Counted from the stretch's first letter, positions 1 through 12,232 are shown. The stretch: DNA of 64,000 nucleotides from Oikopleura dioica (GCA_907165135.1 OU015567.1:15686001-15750000), one strand, 5' to 3'. Numbers and translations are program-made. The notes: generated from the letters alone by a model not told the origin.

Positions 1-770
1 TTTCAAAAAGCGAAATCGGCCCTTAACCCCCTGGCCCGGGCTTGGGGTCAAAAAAGACTCAATCGCGGCTGATCCCCACTTTTGAATCTTGATTTTCTCG
101 CTCTCGTTGTTGAAGAAAAAACACAGCTTTTCGGAACTCTAGAATTTCAACCCTTCTCTTTTGGATCAAAAAATGGATCGAATTTGGCAGCACATGACTG
201 TAACTGAACTACAGAGTCCCGAACTGTGTGCAACCACCCCCGCGCGCTACCTAGCCAAATCGACCCCGAAACTTGGTCGATCTGTCGCTAATTAGCGCGT
301 TTGATTTGGGGTCGGGCTTCGGATCCCTTCCTGCTCTCAAGATCACCTCCTCCAGCTTTCACCTGAAGCGTCACCATTGACGGTAAGTCTTATTTTCTTC
401 TATATCTTATTCAATTATTCATTAAAACCGACGATAAAATAACACTTCTTTTCTTAGTCTTTGGCCACCCTGGATCTGGTCTCTTGTTTGCCTTTGTCGC
501 AAATCAAAATTAACCAATCAAAATCTTTCATTTCATTTTTTGGCCAATCTGCTTCAATCAGCGAAATTTTGAAAAATTGGATCATTTTAACACTTTTCCC
601 TTTTTTCATCAAAAAATTTTTGAAGCAACATTTTTTTTTTGCTCTGAAATTTGACTCAAATTTTGAGTTTCACGAAGAGTCGAAAGAAAATTTCCCCAAA
701 AGCGACATTTTTAGGAACGATATCCGGGCTCGGCGCTTTGCGCCAGCGCGAGCTTTTTTTGATCCCTTTT

Positions 771-1384
771 AGCCTCAAATAGGACGGTCCTAGACCTCGA
801 CCTGCCCAACCGAGGAGAGACTGATGCCAAGAAGAAGCGCAAACGACGAAAGCACCGAAAGGTCACCAAAGGTAAGCATTTTTGTTTTGTTTGGAGGATT
901 GTTTGAGTTTTGTTTGAAACTTGTTTCATGTTGTTTCAACCTTGTTTTGGTTGTTTTAAATTTGTTTTGAACATGTTTCTTGTTGTTTTTGACAATTTAT
1001 GGAGCCTCAAATTTGTTTGAAACATGTATGAATACTGTTTCAACAGTTTGTTTCAAACTGTTTTGAGTAGTTTTAATCAAGTTTTTATTCAATTTCGGGC
1101 TTTCAAACTTGTTTCAAGCATATAAAAGCTTGTTTGAAACAAGTTTATTGCCGTTTGAAATTATTGTTTTTCATAAAAACTTGTTTTAAACATGTTTAAA
1201 GCTTGTTTGAGTCTGTTTAGAGCTTCTTAAGAATCAAAACCGTTGTTTGAATAATCCAAAACAAGATTTGTCGCACACAACTTTTGTTTGAAACCTGTTT
1301 TCAACAACACATTCTAAGATAAACAACTAACATTTGTTTTTAGCAACATCGGAAACTGAGAACGACGAAGTGAAGGAGTTTTAG
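771..1384 (+). CDS. Probable 3' exons of a small unknown protein with a basic NLS-like tail (..DAKKKRKRRKHRKVTKATSETENDEVKEF*)
   Basis: Exon ~771-871 bounded by TTTTAG and GTAAG, then a TGTTT-rich intron, then TTTTAG and a short last exon ending in TAG. Upstream exons could not be joined in frame. Confidence 0.35.
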
Positions 1385-3249
1385 ACGAGTTCATTTCTGC
1401 ACACATTCCCCAAATTATCTCTAATGCCTTCTAAACTGATATAATTCCCTTTCGACTAAGGTTCCCCTAGGGTTATTTCGTAAAGTTTAATGGCTGTAAA
1501 TAGCACGCTTTCCCAATAATTGTGAATAGATAAAAAAAACACCACCCGTGTGGACTTTGAACTCGTCTCGACGCTTTTCTGAGCTTTCTCTTTTTTTCCA
1601 TGCTCGGTTTTTCGCCCTCCCCACCCTTAATTTTCAACCCGAAATTTCGACCAATCAAAAAATAGTTCAAAAAACCCGGAAACCCAAGAAAATCGAGCAT
1701 GGAAAAGGAGCTAGCTTTCAAAAAGCCGGAAAACGAGAAAAAAAGGCTTTTTTGGACTCCTAACCAATCAAAACTGCGAAAAAACGAAGATGGAAAAATC
1801 CTCCTCTTTCAATTTTCACGTGATCAGATGCTGTACATGTTGTTTGAAAAAACTTGTTGCCTAGTTTTACACTCGTTTGCTTGGTTTTTGAGATTTGCTT
1901 AAGGGTATCTCTTTCTAACCGAAAAAAACGCAGTTATTTTACTTTTCCTCTGTACATACCTTAAAACTCGTCAATTTAAAATTTCGTTTTCAAAAATTGA
2001 AATGAAAATTTCAAATTTTCAATTAAAAAAAAACGTAATTTAAAAATTTTAATTTCAAAAAATTTCGAAAAATCGATTCCAAAGCGATGCGGAAGAGGTT
2101 TTTTGAATTTTGATTGTATACTAATATTTTTTGCGCCTAACAATTTTTATGACGACTCCAAGTCGAAATAAACTTTTACTTATTTGCGCTTTTGCGCTTT
2201 TGAGTTAATTCTTATAAACAACAAAAACTTTGCGTCTCTTTCTTATGCAGGAAACCAATCAAAGCAGGAAAACTTAAGGGTGTACCCTTAATTTAAAACT
2301 TAAATTTAACAAGCTTTTTTAGCTGAAAATGTCTTGAATAAAGACTTTTTTCATGGAAAGTTTTCGTATCTAGTCAATTTCCAAAAGGAACCTTATCGTT
2401 GTCGATACCCTTAAGTGTTGCTTAGTCGAAACCCTAAGAATTCACTTAAAATTAAAACTTTGTTGCCTTATTTTCTTTCATTGGATCAAATTTGGAAAAC
2501 TACTTTAGAAAAAAGCTTCTTTAAATGATGACACCCTTAATCTTCTATTACTGCCTACAGCCTTAGGAGGAAAATTTTCCAGGATTCTCATGAAAACTCA
2601 TGTTTCCAAGAATGATACCCTTAATTGAAAAACTAACTAAAAACTTATAAATGGCTAGTTTTGATGTTGATACCCTTAATTTTGGGCAAAATTAACGCAC
2701 AAAAACAAGGAGTTATATACACAGTGTAGTCCCTTAAAATTTAAGGAACGATGACACCCTTAAAATTGGAGTTTTTTACATCAAAAACCTTGAAAATTAG
2801 AGATGTGGATGAAAGAAGTCGAAATATAAACAGAGTACGATCTGATGACGTAATCAGGGGCCGCGTGGTCTTGCTCCGGATCTGATAAGCCCTCCTCTCC
2901 CGCCGAGTTCTGAGCTTGGCCGTTTACGCATCAACGCGCGATAAAGATAATGAGCCCCTAGCACTCCCGAGCCAGATTTTCCCGAAATTCAAAAAGCGTC
3001 ACTCTTTCTTTTTTCAACCTAAAAAATACTGGTCAAAACAGTAATTTTACTAAAATCACTTTCTTTTCTTTCCCGCGACCTTTTTTCTAGCGGCTTTTTC
3101 AAACGTGGAAATCGAAGCTTAGAAACCACAATGCCGCCTTTTTAACAGTATTTATTTAGAGCTAGAATAATGGCTAAGATAAATGATGATAAATTGAGGT
3201 TTTTAAAGGGTTAGGGTTAGGGTTAGGTTTATTATGAAACCCATATTTT

Positions 3250-3403
3250 TGGAGTGGTGTCTGGAACCGACGAAAAATTTCGACAAATTTTGCGTGGGCG
3301 GCTATTCGGCTGCTGATTGGCCGGTTTACTGGATCCAGGCTTCGGATTGGTTGAAAATTTCTACGCAAAATTTTCGAATTTTTGTCGGTTCCAGACACCT
3401 CCT
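3250..3403. mobile_element. Palindromic MITE family (GGTGTCTGGAACCGAC...GTCGGTTCCAGACACC) with CCAAT-rich core
   Basis: Terminal inverted repeats. Related copies at ~10555-10693, ~14960-15265, ~28684-28840 and ~47395-47550. Confidence 0.7.
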
Positions 3404-4084
3404 CATATTTTTAGACTAAAATTTTGGTCAAATTTTAGACCAATCAGATCCTCGGAGAGAATTTTGTCGAAAATCGTCGATTCTAGCGAAACTTAAATGG
3501 TTCGGATAAAATTTAGGGTTTGGGTTTCAAGAAACAGCGGAAATTTTAAGATACCTCTTTGGATGAAGACGCAAAAAATACGTGTTTTTTCAAAATACAT
3601 TTCCATTCCAGACCAAAATTAAAAACGTCTTCAGCTAGTTTTTCCTATTTTTCCACCTTTCACTAATTCTAGTTTTCGTTTTTTTTATCAAGCAGACGAA
3701 TTACGCATTGCGCAAGTTTTCAAGCTCTGTTTAGACTACTTCTGATAAAAAAAAAAAAACTCCAGCCTCCTTTTCAACCCTTTTTTGGACTGTTCTTTTT
3801 GTTTGTTTATTTCTGCTCCGTTCCAAAAAGTCGTCAGCTGTCGTCGCCAAGAAAATCGCTTCTTGTTGCTTTTGAATTTTTGTCAAGCCGGGGCAATCGC
3901 GTTTTTCCGAAAATGATGCTCTTACTGACAGCCTTGTCAAATCCCTTCAAAAGTGTTGTTTTTTCAAGCCGCCAATTTTTCAACTACAGGGAAAAAGTTC
4001 TACACGAAATTTTTTAAAATCACCGTGAAATCTAATTTTTCAATTCAAAAACAGATCTTTCAAATAATTTTTTTCTACAAGAAT

Positions 4085-4712
4085 TATCATAGTGACACCC
4101 TTATTTGTTGTCTTGATTATTTAAGAGTTCTCTTTTGAGAATAGCCGTTATATATCCTAACATATTGACACCCTTATTTTTAATGCTAAAAGATTAATTT
4201 TCAAATTGTATTTTGAAATAAAAAATAAGGGTATCACTACGCAAGTGATTTTTTTGAAAAATTCTGTTCTTTGTTGAAAACCTTCCCCTGAGAATAAAAT
4301 TGTGATACCCTTATTTCTTGTCTTGATTTTTAAGAGTTATCTTTTGAGAAAAGCCTTTATCTTTCATAACATAGTGACACCCTTATTCTGAATGCTAAAA
4401 GATAAAATTATAAATTGTATTTTGAAGTCAATAATAAGGGTATCACTTTTAAAATTTAATTGTCAAAAAGTTATATTCTCCGTTAAAAAATCTTTCCCAA
4501 TGAATAAAACTATGACACCCTTATTATAATAAGAGTTCGAAATCGCCTTTTCGAAATATAAAAAATAAGGGTCTCACTATGAAAGTGATTTTTTGATCAG
4601 TTATGCTCTTCGTTTGAAAAAGCTCCAGGAATAAAATTGCGACACCCTTATTTTATCATTCCCAAATAAAATTTGTCGTTTTATCTTTTGAAAAATTAAT
4701 AAGGGTATCGCT
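4085..4712. repeat. Cluster of GTGACACCCTTA/TAAGGGTATCAC inverted motifs arranged as ~210-bp degenerate tandem units
   Basis: The unit GTGA(C/T)ACCCTTATT..TTGTCTTGATT..AAGAGTT.TCTTTTGAGAA.AGCC recurs at ~4092 and ~4302, with weaker copies at ~4512 and ~4640. Confidence 0.65.
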
Positions 4713-5357
4713 TTGTTTAGAACAAATAAAAGTAATGTTATTTCTAATGCTGAGTTTTTTCGCTCTAAGACTTCTTCAAAGCGCCGCCAGAGTCTATACT
4801 TTTCCCGAAAAAGGTTGTTTTGAAAATGCGCGGAAAAGTTACGGAAGCTTCTTTCCAGATGTTTCGATGTTTTGGCGCGGTGGCGTGACCCCGAAAGAAG
4901 GGCGCTCAAAGTTTGACTTTGACACCGCGGCCGGCCACCTGATCCAAACGGCGTTTATTTCCCCCACATTGGGGTCGCCCGCTAAACCAGCTTTCCCAGA
5001 AACAGCTCAACAGAGCTCAAGCCTTCTAATAACAAGAAGATATCGCTTTTGCGCGCTGAAAAGAAGCTTTTCTTCAAAAAATTTAATCCTCGATATTAAT
5101 TGGTCAAAGTAGATTTTTGAGCAATTTTATTCGTCCAATATAAAAATATGAAAATGAGTTGCGTCAACAAATTCTAGCGCGTCACGTGTTCAAGAATTCG
5201 AAGCCACGGCGAACACGGCTGCTTGTCATTAGTCGACGAAAGGTTATCCGAAAAGAACTCAGCTTCTCAACTTTGAATGATTTTGCTTTTCCCAGACAAG
5301 GAAAATTAGGGTTAAATTTTCAAGCTTTTATTGGTTTTGGAGAAAGAATGTACAGAA

Positions 5358-7224
5358 TTATTTAAGGATTTTTATGTTCCAGCGGACATAAAAGTTGTTT
5401 CCTTTGAGTTTGACCATTCCATTTTGATCAGGCGTCAACTTCTTCGCCGAGTTGTAGCGCTTCCCATCTCCAGCGCGAATATCGTCCGCGTCGGCTTGAA
5501 AGTCGACGCGTTTTCCTAAAAAATAAAAATCTCAAATTCAAAAATCAATACCGTTGAAAAGAATCCACATTTTCCAGAAGCCGTCACCGCCGTAGTATTC
5601 GTTCCTCGATTGATGTCGGATTGTCCAGCCAGCTTCCGACACTTCTAAATTTTCGTCCCAACGAAACTTTATTTTGGATGAAAATCGCGTCGAAACAAAA
5701 ATCTTAAAAACTAATAAATGCGATATTCTCCAATTCCTTCAAATTAAACTCCGTCAGTCCTTCTGCCATTGCTTTCAGCACTCTTCGCACTGCTGCTTCG
5801 GAGTGGTTATCTCGGACAGAATAAGAGTCGTTGCCGTTGTAAAATCCAAATCCAATTTTCCAAAGATTGAACTCTTCTTTCGCAAGCGATACTATCATTG
5901 AAGTGATTTCTTTCTCGAGGGATTCGTTTGTCTTCTTCAGCTTTTCATTGTCTTCGATTTTCGCCAGATTCTCCTTGTTCAAATGCTCGTTGATAACTTC
6001 TGTCGTCTCCACCCGATTCTTTCCAAAAACCAAGTCCTTCGGTTGAATTCGATTTTGAAGCTGTTTTATCAAACTGACGATCGAGCGGTGATTCATCAAA
6101 GCTGCTGCGTTTGCTGCCCGTTCTCTGACGTCGATTTTGAGACATTCTTTGATCAGACTTTCCATCGCCGGGAAAACTACTTCTGCAGGTCTTCTTACAT
6201 TTTGAGCGATGTTGTTCATTGTTTGGAAGAGATTTCCAGTTGCGAAAGGGTGTCTTTATTGAGTTTAAGATTACAAGTCTTTTTGAGGAATTTCAAAAAA
6301 AAAACGAATCTTTTATACTGTTCCTGAAAGTGCAGACCATTTGAAAAACTACGCCCATCGCCCAAATATCGTGTTCAAAGGTTACATTTTCATTCCCTTG
6401 AGCTTGAAGACTCTCTGGAGGAAGATATTCCATCGACCCGGCCATTCCGGTATTCATGGTTCCGTCAGTGGGGCGAGAGACGTTGAAATCCGCGATTTTG
6501 ATCTGTTAATAATTTTCCAAGAAGTTATTATTTGGAATTTACCTCTTTCTTGTCGCCAGAAAGAAGAATGTTTTCCGGCTTGATGTCTCGGTGAGTTATA
6601 TTTTCGCCATGCAAGTAGTCTTCAAATCAGTTAGTCGCTTTATCAAAGGCATATTAACTTACTCATAGCAAGAACAATTTGCGCACAAATGCCAAGAGCA
6701 TCGTTTTCAACCCATTCTCCTTCGAATTCACCTCCCTCTGTGAAAATGATTAATAAAATGGCAAGGAGAATGAGCTTTTCTTTACCGTTCTCAAGTTTCT
6801 CTTCGATCAATTGGCCCAAATCACCTCCAGGAGGATATTCCAGAATCAGCCCATGGTATGGGAGATTGTTATAAGCAGAGAAAGAAAAGTTGTCATGAAG
6901 TTTGACGACATTTGGATGATCTTTTTTTCGGGTATATTACTATTTGTCTATTTCAGAGCCTACGGAAAACAAAGTTGCAAACCCTAACCTAGTCGTTGAA
7001 GAAGATCGACCTCCAGCTTTGCTTCTTGCTTCATTTTTTCTTCGAAGAGGCCGATTCCTTTCAGCATTTTTAGCTCATTCCCTATCAAAAGATTTCAGCA
7101 ATAATCTTCCTTTTTCATTTTTACCTTTTTGCTGATCCTTGACGAGCCAGTAGATTTTGCCATCTCTGGGCGGCTTCAGCTCTCTAACCGCCTTATATCT
7201 ATCGTTTATTACAGTTCCTTCCAT
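5358..7224 (-). CDS. Ser/Thr protein kinase (paralog 1) + coiled coil + conserved C-terminal module; multi-exon
   Basis: Spliced translation [138 protein letters not shown] introns plus GA-AG introns at 6254-6323 and 5667-5736. Confidence 0.9.
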
Positions 7225-10200
7225 CTGTTAAAAATAAACTGCTTCTTTGTTCTGAAATTGCCGTTTTTTGAAAATATGGAAGACTGAAAAATGACTCTGC
7301 CGGATAAAACGCGATGAGTCGCCGCGCGCTCTGACGCAAATCAAGAAAGATACCGAAAATCTCGGGCAGGAAATTGTTCAGATAGCCTATCTGAGATAGG
7401 CTTTTGGCCGAATTTCGAGGTCATACCACCATTCTGAAGCTTCTGAGGCTACAACAGATATTTATTCGAGTGGTCGTCATTTGCCCAATCTTGGGTTAAA
7501 GACGATCTGAAATTGAATTATAAATTAAAAATAACTTTTCTATCTTTCACAGAAAGGGACCCATCACTGTCCAAGTCCAGAAGTCCGGTCAATATATTTT
7601 GATAGCAAAGATTTACTCGATTAGTCCTCGATCAGAAAAAGACTGACAGAATCTCATTTTTAAAATATCGCTAAATAATTGATACAATTTAAAAAGACCC
7701 CCTTAATGAATCTCACAGAATAACCCTCGAAAAAATAGACTCTGAAAAAAAGTTCGCTTGTGTACTTATTCAGAAGCGAGGCGATTTAGAAAGAAGAGTT
7801 AGCTGCCCAGTTCGGGCGACTACGACTTTTAGAAAGAAAAAAGCAAATACAAAAGGGCAGTGTAATCTGACTTACATCTGTAAACCGCGAGCGAGGATTT
7901 CGGGGAAAGTTGAAACTGCCAGACCGCGGCGAGGAAGCTTAATTCTTGTTGCGGCGATGCTGGAATTGTCACGTGCAGAAAAAGCGGGATACCCAATGTG
8001 ATCGAGGAAATTCACTTTTTGACCTTGAGATATTTTTTCAATGAATAAGGGGGTCAAGCTCAAAGACCATTTTCTACTTTCGCTTTTGGGCGTAAATAAG
8101 AAAGTGACACCCTTAATTTTTTTCTGTCAAAAATAAGGTTATAACGCTCAAAAACAAATCTGAAGAATAAGGGTGTACCTGCGTTAATTTTTTAAAAATA
8201 TTGATTTATGCCCTTGACCCCCTTAATTCTCATCTCCCTCAGTTTTCAAAAAATTCTCTGCAGATTGGTCCACGCCTAAGGGTTCTTTTTTCTCCAACAT
8301 CTGAAAAGCCTTCCATTACTTATCGGGTAAATCGAGGACTACACACTTGATTTAAGGAGCTCACACCCTTTGGTCCCTGTTTGAAGGGCCTGGCGCACTT
8401 TATTTAGAAATGCCGCCGTTTTTTTTTTTTGATAAAAACGGGTTCAAAATCGAAAACGAAAGAAAGAGTTCTTTTCAAATCAAAAGAAGAAGGCGAAAAT
8501 CAACTCGTGAAAATGAGTGTTGTAATACGGCATCTTTCTCGAAAAAGCAGTTAACTGTAAATCCGGCAGCTCTTGCTATACACAGAGGGATGAGCCGCAG
8601 CAGAAGCCGACGTAGCTTTGGCGCAATAGTTTAACTCAAAGCAGCGAAAATCCAATCCAAACGCGGCGCAGACACGTTACCAATCCAAACTCAAAGCATC
8701 TGCACATTTTAACGCTCATCTGATTTTTACGCCGAAAATTCGCGACTTTGAAAAATAATTCAGATAAAAGTCATTTCCAATTTTAAAGTAAATAAAAATC
8801 ATAAATGCAAAATCTTAATTTTTTTGAATTTGTTTTTTGACTTTTGAGATTATATTTTTGATCAAAAAAAATGTATAATTTATTAATAATTATTAAAATA
8901 AAATTTATAAAATTATATATTTTTTTCAAAATATTTAATTAAAAAACAACTTATTAAAGATTTTTTTTTTAAATAATTGTAATTTATTTTTAAAATTTCT
9001 AAAAAACATAAAAATAAGGAGTGGGCGTTGAAAAAATGCAGGAGCGTAAAAGGGATGAAGCGGCGAAGCTCGAATTATGGCGAATTTAGTTTAGGACAGC
9101 TCCCGGGCTTAGAATTGAATCCACTGGCTTAGAAGGGATGACCTGGAACTACCAAGCCAAAATTTCAAAATTTCAAAATCTCAAAAATTTTGCAATTTGA
9201 AAACGAATGAAATTGCGTGGCAAAAAACTGTCCCAGGTGAAAGCAAAAAGAAAATATTTTTCGCGGAAAATAGCGTTTTCGATTCGATTTGGCGGCCGAA
9301 GCAAGCTCTAACTTTGGCACCTGCTGCGGCGACAAAGCAAGGGAGACACTCTAAAGATCATCAATTCCACTCGCAATCGTCAAAAATAACAACCGAGGAA
9401 AAATATCAGCACCTGCCAAAATTAGCTTCGCGGTAACTTCCTTGCTTTTTTTCAAAAGGTGCAAAAACTTAAGGAGCTCCACGACGATATTTTTAAAAAA
9501 TATTTTTTCTTTCCGGTAAATTTTATTTTCGCTAAAAAATAGCAGATGAACTTTCAAAAGGTGTAAATTTCTCATGAAATTATCATATTGACACCCTTAT
9601 TTTTTGATTTCTAATTTGACAACAAAATTTTTAAGGGAACCCGAGTCGATAAATAATTCAGTTGACTTTGAAACCATTAATAATGGTCCATTATTTTGCC
9701 TTATTATTTCGATTGAATATCAACTGGTGCTCCCTAAAATAATTAATGTCAAATCTAAAATAGAGAGCCAATGTTTCAATAAAAGTCGAAAAATAAGGGT
9801 CTCAATATGATAATTTTTGTTCAAAAGCCGACTTTTTCTTAGAAAGAAATCCTAGTTTATCGCTTTTTGACAATTTTTCTTTTAGAAAAATTACAGTTAG
9901 AAAATAGAACTTACGGCAAGCGTGAAAAAATGATGATTTCGAAGCTCATTATTTGGAATTTATTCGAAATATTATTTTAAAATCGATCAACTGAAACTAA
10001 ATTGGGGGCTTGGAAGGCCATTCAAATCGCAAAATTACTATTCGCGCGAAATGTTAGCGGTTCAATTTATAAAAATATTTTCAGAATAGATATTCTAAAG
10101 AGAGATTTCGCGGTTTCGAAACCGTTCGAAAAATTTTATTCTCGAAATTTTCAGCGATTTTTTCTGATTTTTGCGCTCATTGATCATGAACCGGCGATTC

Positions 10201-12052
10201 TCGTAATTTATCTGAAAATCGGCGTTATCTTTTTCCGTTTTTGTCGCTTTTGAAATCCGCGAAAACTGGCAGATCGAGGCACGTGATTCGAAAGATAAGA
10301 ACGGACCAGGTTACAAAAAATCATCGGATGCAGTTATGCCACCGCTGACGCCAGACAACTCATTTTTGGTGTTGACGGATTAGATGCTGGAAGATTTGAT
10401 GGTGATAATAGACGTAATGATAAAAATCGTCGCGTACGCCCAGCGAGTCAGAGGTTATCTCTGGAAATTTTTGCAATTACGGAATTCGCTTGAAAAGAAG
10501 CCGCAATTTACAGTTTTTATATCAATTTTTTGTAAAAAATAAGTTATTTTTCGACAATAAATTTCGACAAATTTTGCGTGGACGGCTACTCAGTTGCTGA
10601 TCGGTCGGTTAGCCGAATACAGGCTTCTGATTGGTTGAGAATTTCCTCGCAAAATTTGTCGAATTTTTTTTTTGTCGGTTCAAGACAACCCCCAATGGAA
10701 TGGTTTTTCAAGGGTTAACCCTTATTTATTTAAGATAAAAAGAAAACACAAGAAAGCTAAAATTGAAATTATAATAGTGACGCCCTTATTTTTTCAAATT
10801 AAAAGAACCCTTACCTTAACCCTAACCCTAACTTTGTTTATCATTCTGAGTTTAGATCGTGACACCCTTATTTATTAACCCTAAGAATATGCCTGATATT
10901 TAACCTTGATAGTATTTTTCCTTAAGGGGGAGGTCCACGAGAATCAGAATCTTAGAAACAAATTTCCCGAAAAACCCGATTGTGTAAGTATTTCTTCTGG
11001 AGATCCCTGTTTGTGATTATTTTTTCTACGAAGAAAAAGTGACAAGATTATTGGTAAGACGAAAAAAGTGTTGTGGCAGAATGAGATTATTTCTGGCCTG
11101 AAAAGCCGCAGAGCCTAGAATTACTCTTCCCTCACTTCCTGTAAATTATCCGCTTCGTGAATCGCGCAGAATATCGCAGAAAATTTCTTTTTTTTTTTGC
11201 TTTTTTCAAGAAGCAAAAAAGGTCAAAATTTCATATTGCAAAAAGAATAATTTTGTTTGTTAAAAAAGGTTCCAGAAATCAGTCAGCTGGACCCGCATCT
11301 GCCAAAAGCGGGAATTCGCGGCTCAGGGGAGAGAAAAATAACGAAATTTAATTTTCACCGCTCCGTTATTTTTCAATCCAACTTGAAATTATATTTACCA
11401 AAACAGATTTTATTTTTTTTTCGCTGCTTGTTGAACAATATTTTTTTGAAAAATTTCGCAAGAAAAAATTTAAACAGCCAATTTTTTTAATTTTAGAAAT
11501 TAAGGGTTCTCTTTGCAAATTTTATTCGGGAATTTCGCCAAAAAAACTCGAACTCTTACTTTCTTTTATTCAAAAATTAAGGGTATCTCTTAGTATTTTT
11601 TTTTGAAATTTTCAAAAAATAAAATCTATTTATTTTTTTTTCTAGTTAAAAATTAAGGGTGTCTCTTTGGATTATTTTTTGAGAATTTGTTAGAAAGGAA
11701 TTTTTTTGCTTTGAAAAAGTTAGGGTTTCTCTTTGAAAATCTAAAAAAAAACAATTAAAAGCAAGTAAAATTTTGTTTTCCTCCTTATTTTCCCTTTTCG
11801 CGGAAAAGTCTAAAAAAGTATTTTAGAAGCTGTGCTGAGCTAAAATTTCAGATGTGGCTCTGATCCACTTGATTTTCAAGTGCGCAGCGCGGAGAGAGAC
11901 GTAATCGCGCCCGACAGTAGAGCATCCTGTATTAAACGCATAAACTCGTTCACTCGATATTAAAGTTTCGTGACCTTCTAATTTCGGCTCAACTAGAGTT
12001 CAAAATCTGCCGGAAAAGCGGAAAGGAGAGCAGTCGGAAAACTGGGCTTTGC

Positions 12053-12232
12053 AACCTGTGTAAAAAACCTGAGTCAGGTTCAGAAGAACAAAAATGAAAA
12101 GCCGCGTAATGGCTATTTTTTAATCGAATCCGCAAAATATTGGCGAATCTGTTTTTCGGCTTCGTTTATTAAAAAGCTGCGGCTTTTCATTTTCGCTCCT
12201 GAGAGCCTGACTCAGGCTTTTTACACAGGTTT
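12053..12232. mobile_element. Abundant palindromic MITE family with TIR ~CAACCTGTGTAGAAAACCTGAGTCAGG (about 23 copies in the window)
   Basis: Other copies near 17030, 23362, 23490, 23595, 25150, 28884, 30180, 32122, 32345, 32492, 33230, 35275, 39118, 39375, 44077, 44800, 45730, 47100, 47977, 48283, 57982 and 63325. Many carry internal AAGCCGCnnnGCGGCTT hairpins. Confidence 0.85.

Noticed and set aside
23-60. TTAA-CCCC piggyBac-like terminus
   Set aside because: No matching opposite end was found in the window.
3208-3227. Telomere or telomere-healing site
   Set aside because: Only about three TTAGGG units, internal to the window; similar short runs occur at ~10812 and ~29873.
6440-6490. Apparent frameshift in the kinase 1 activation loop
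   Set aside because: Recounting the G run gives an intact frame (SRPTDGTMNTGMAGSMEY).
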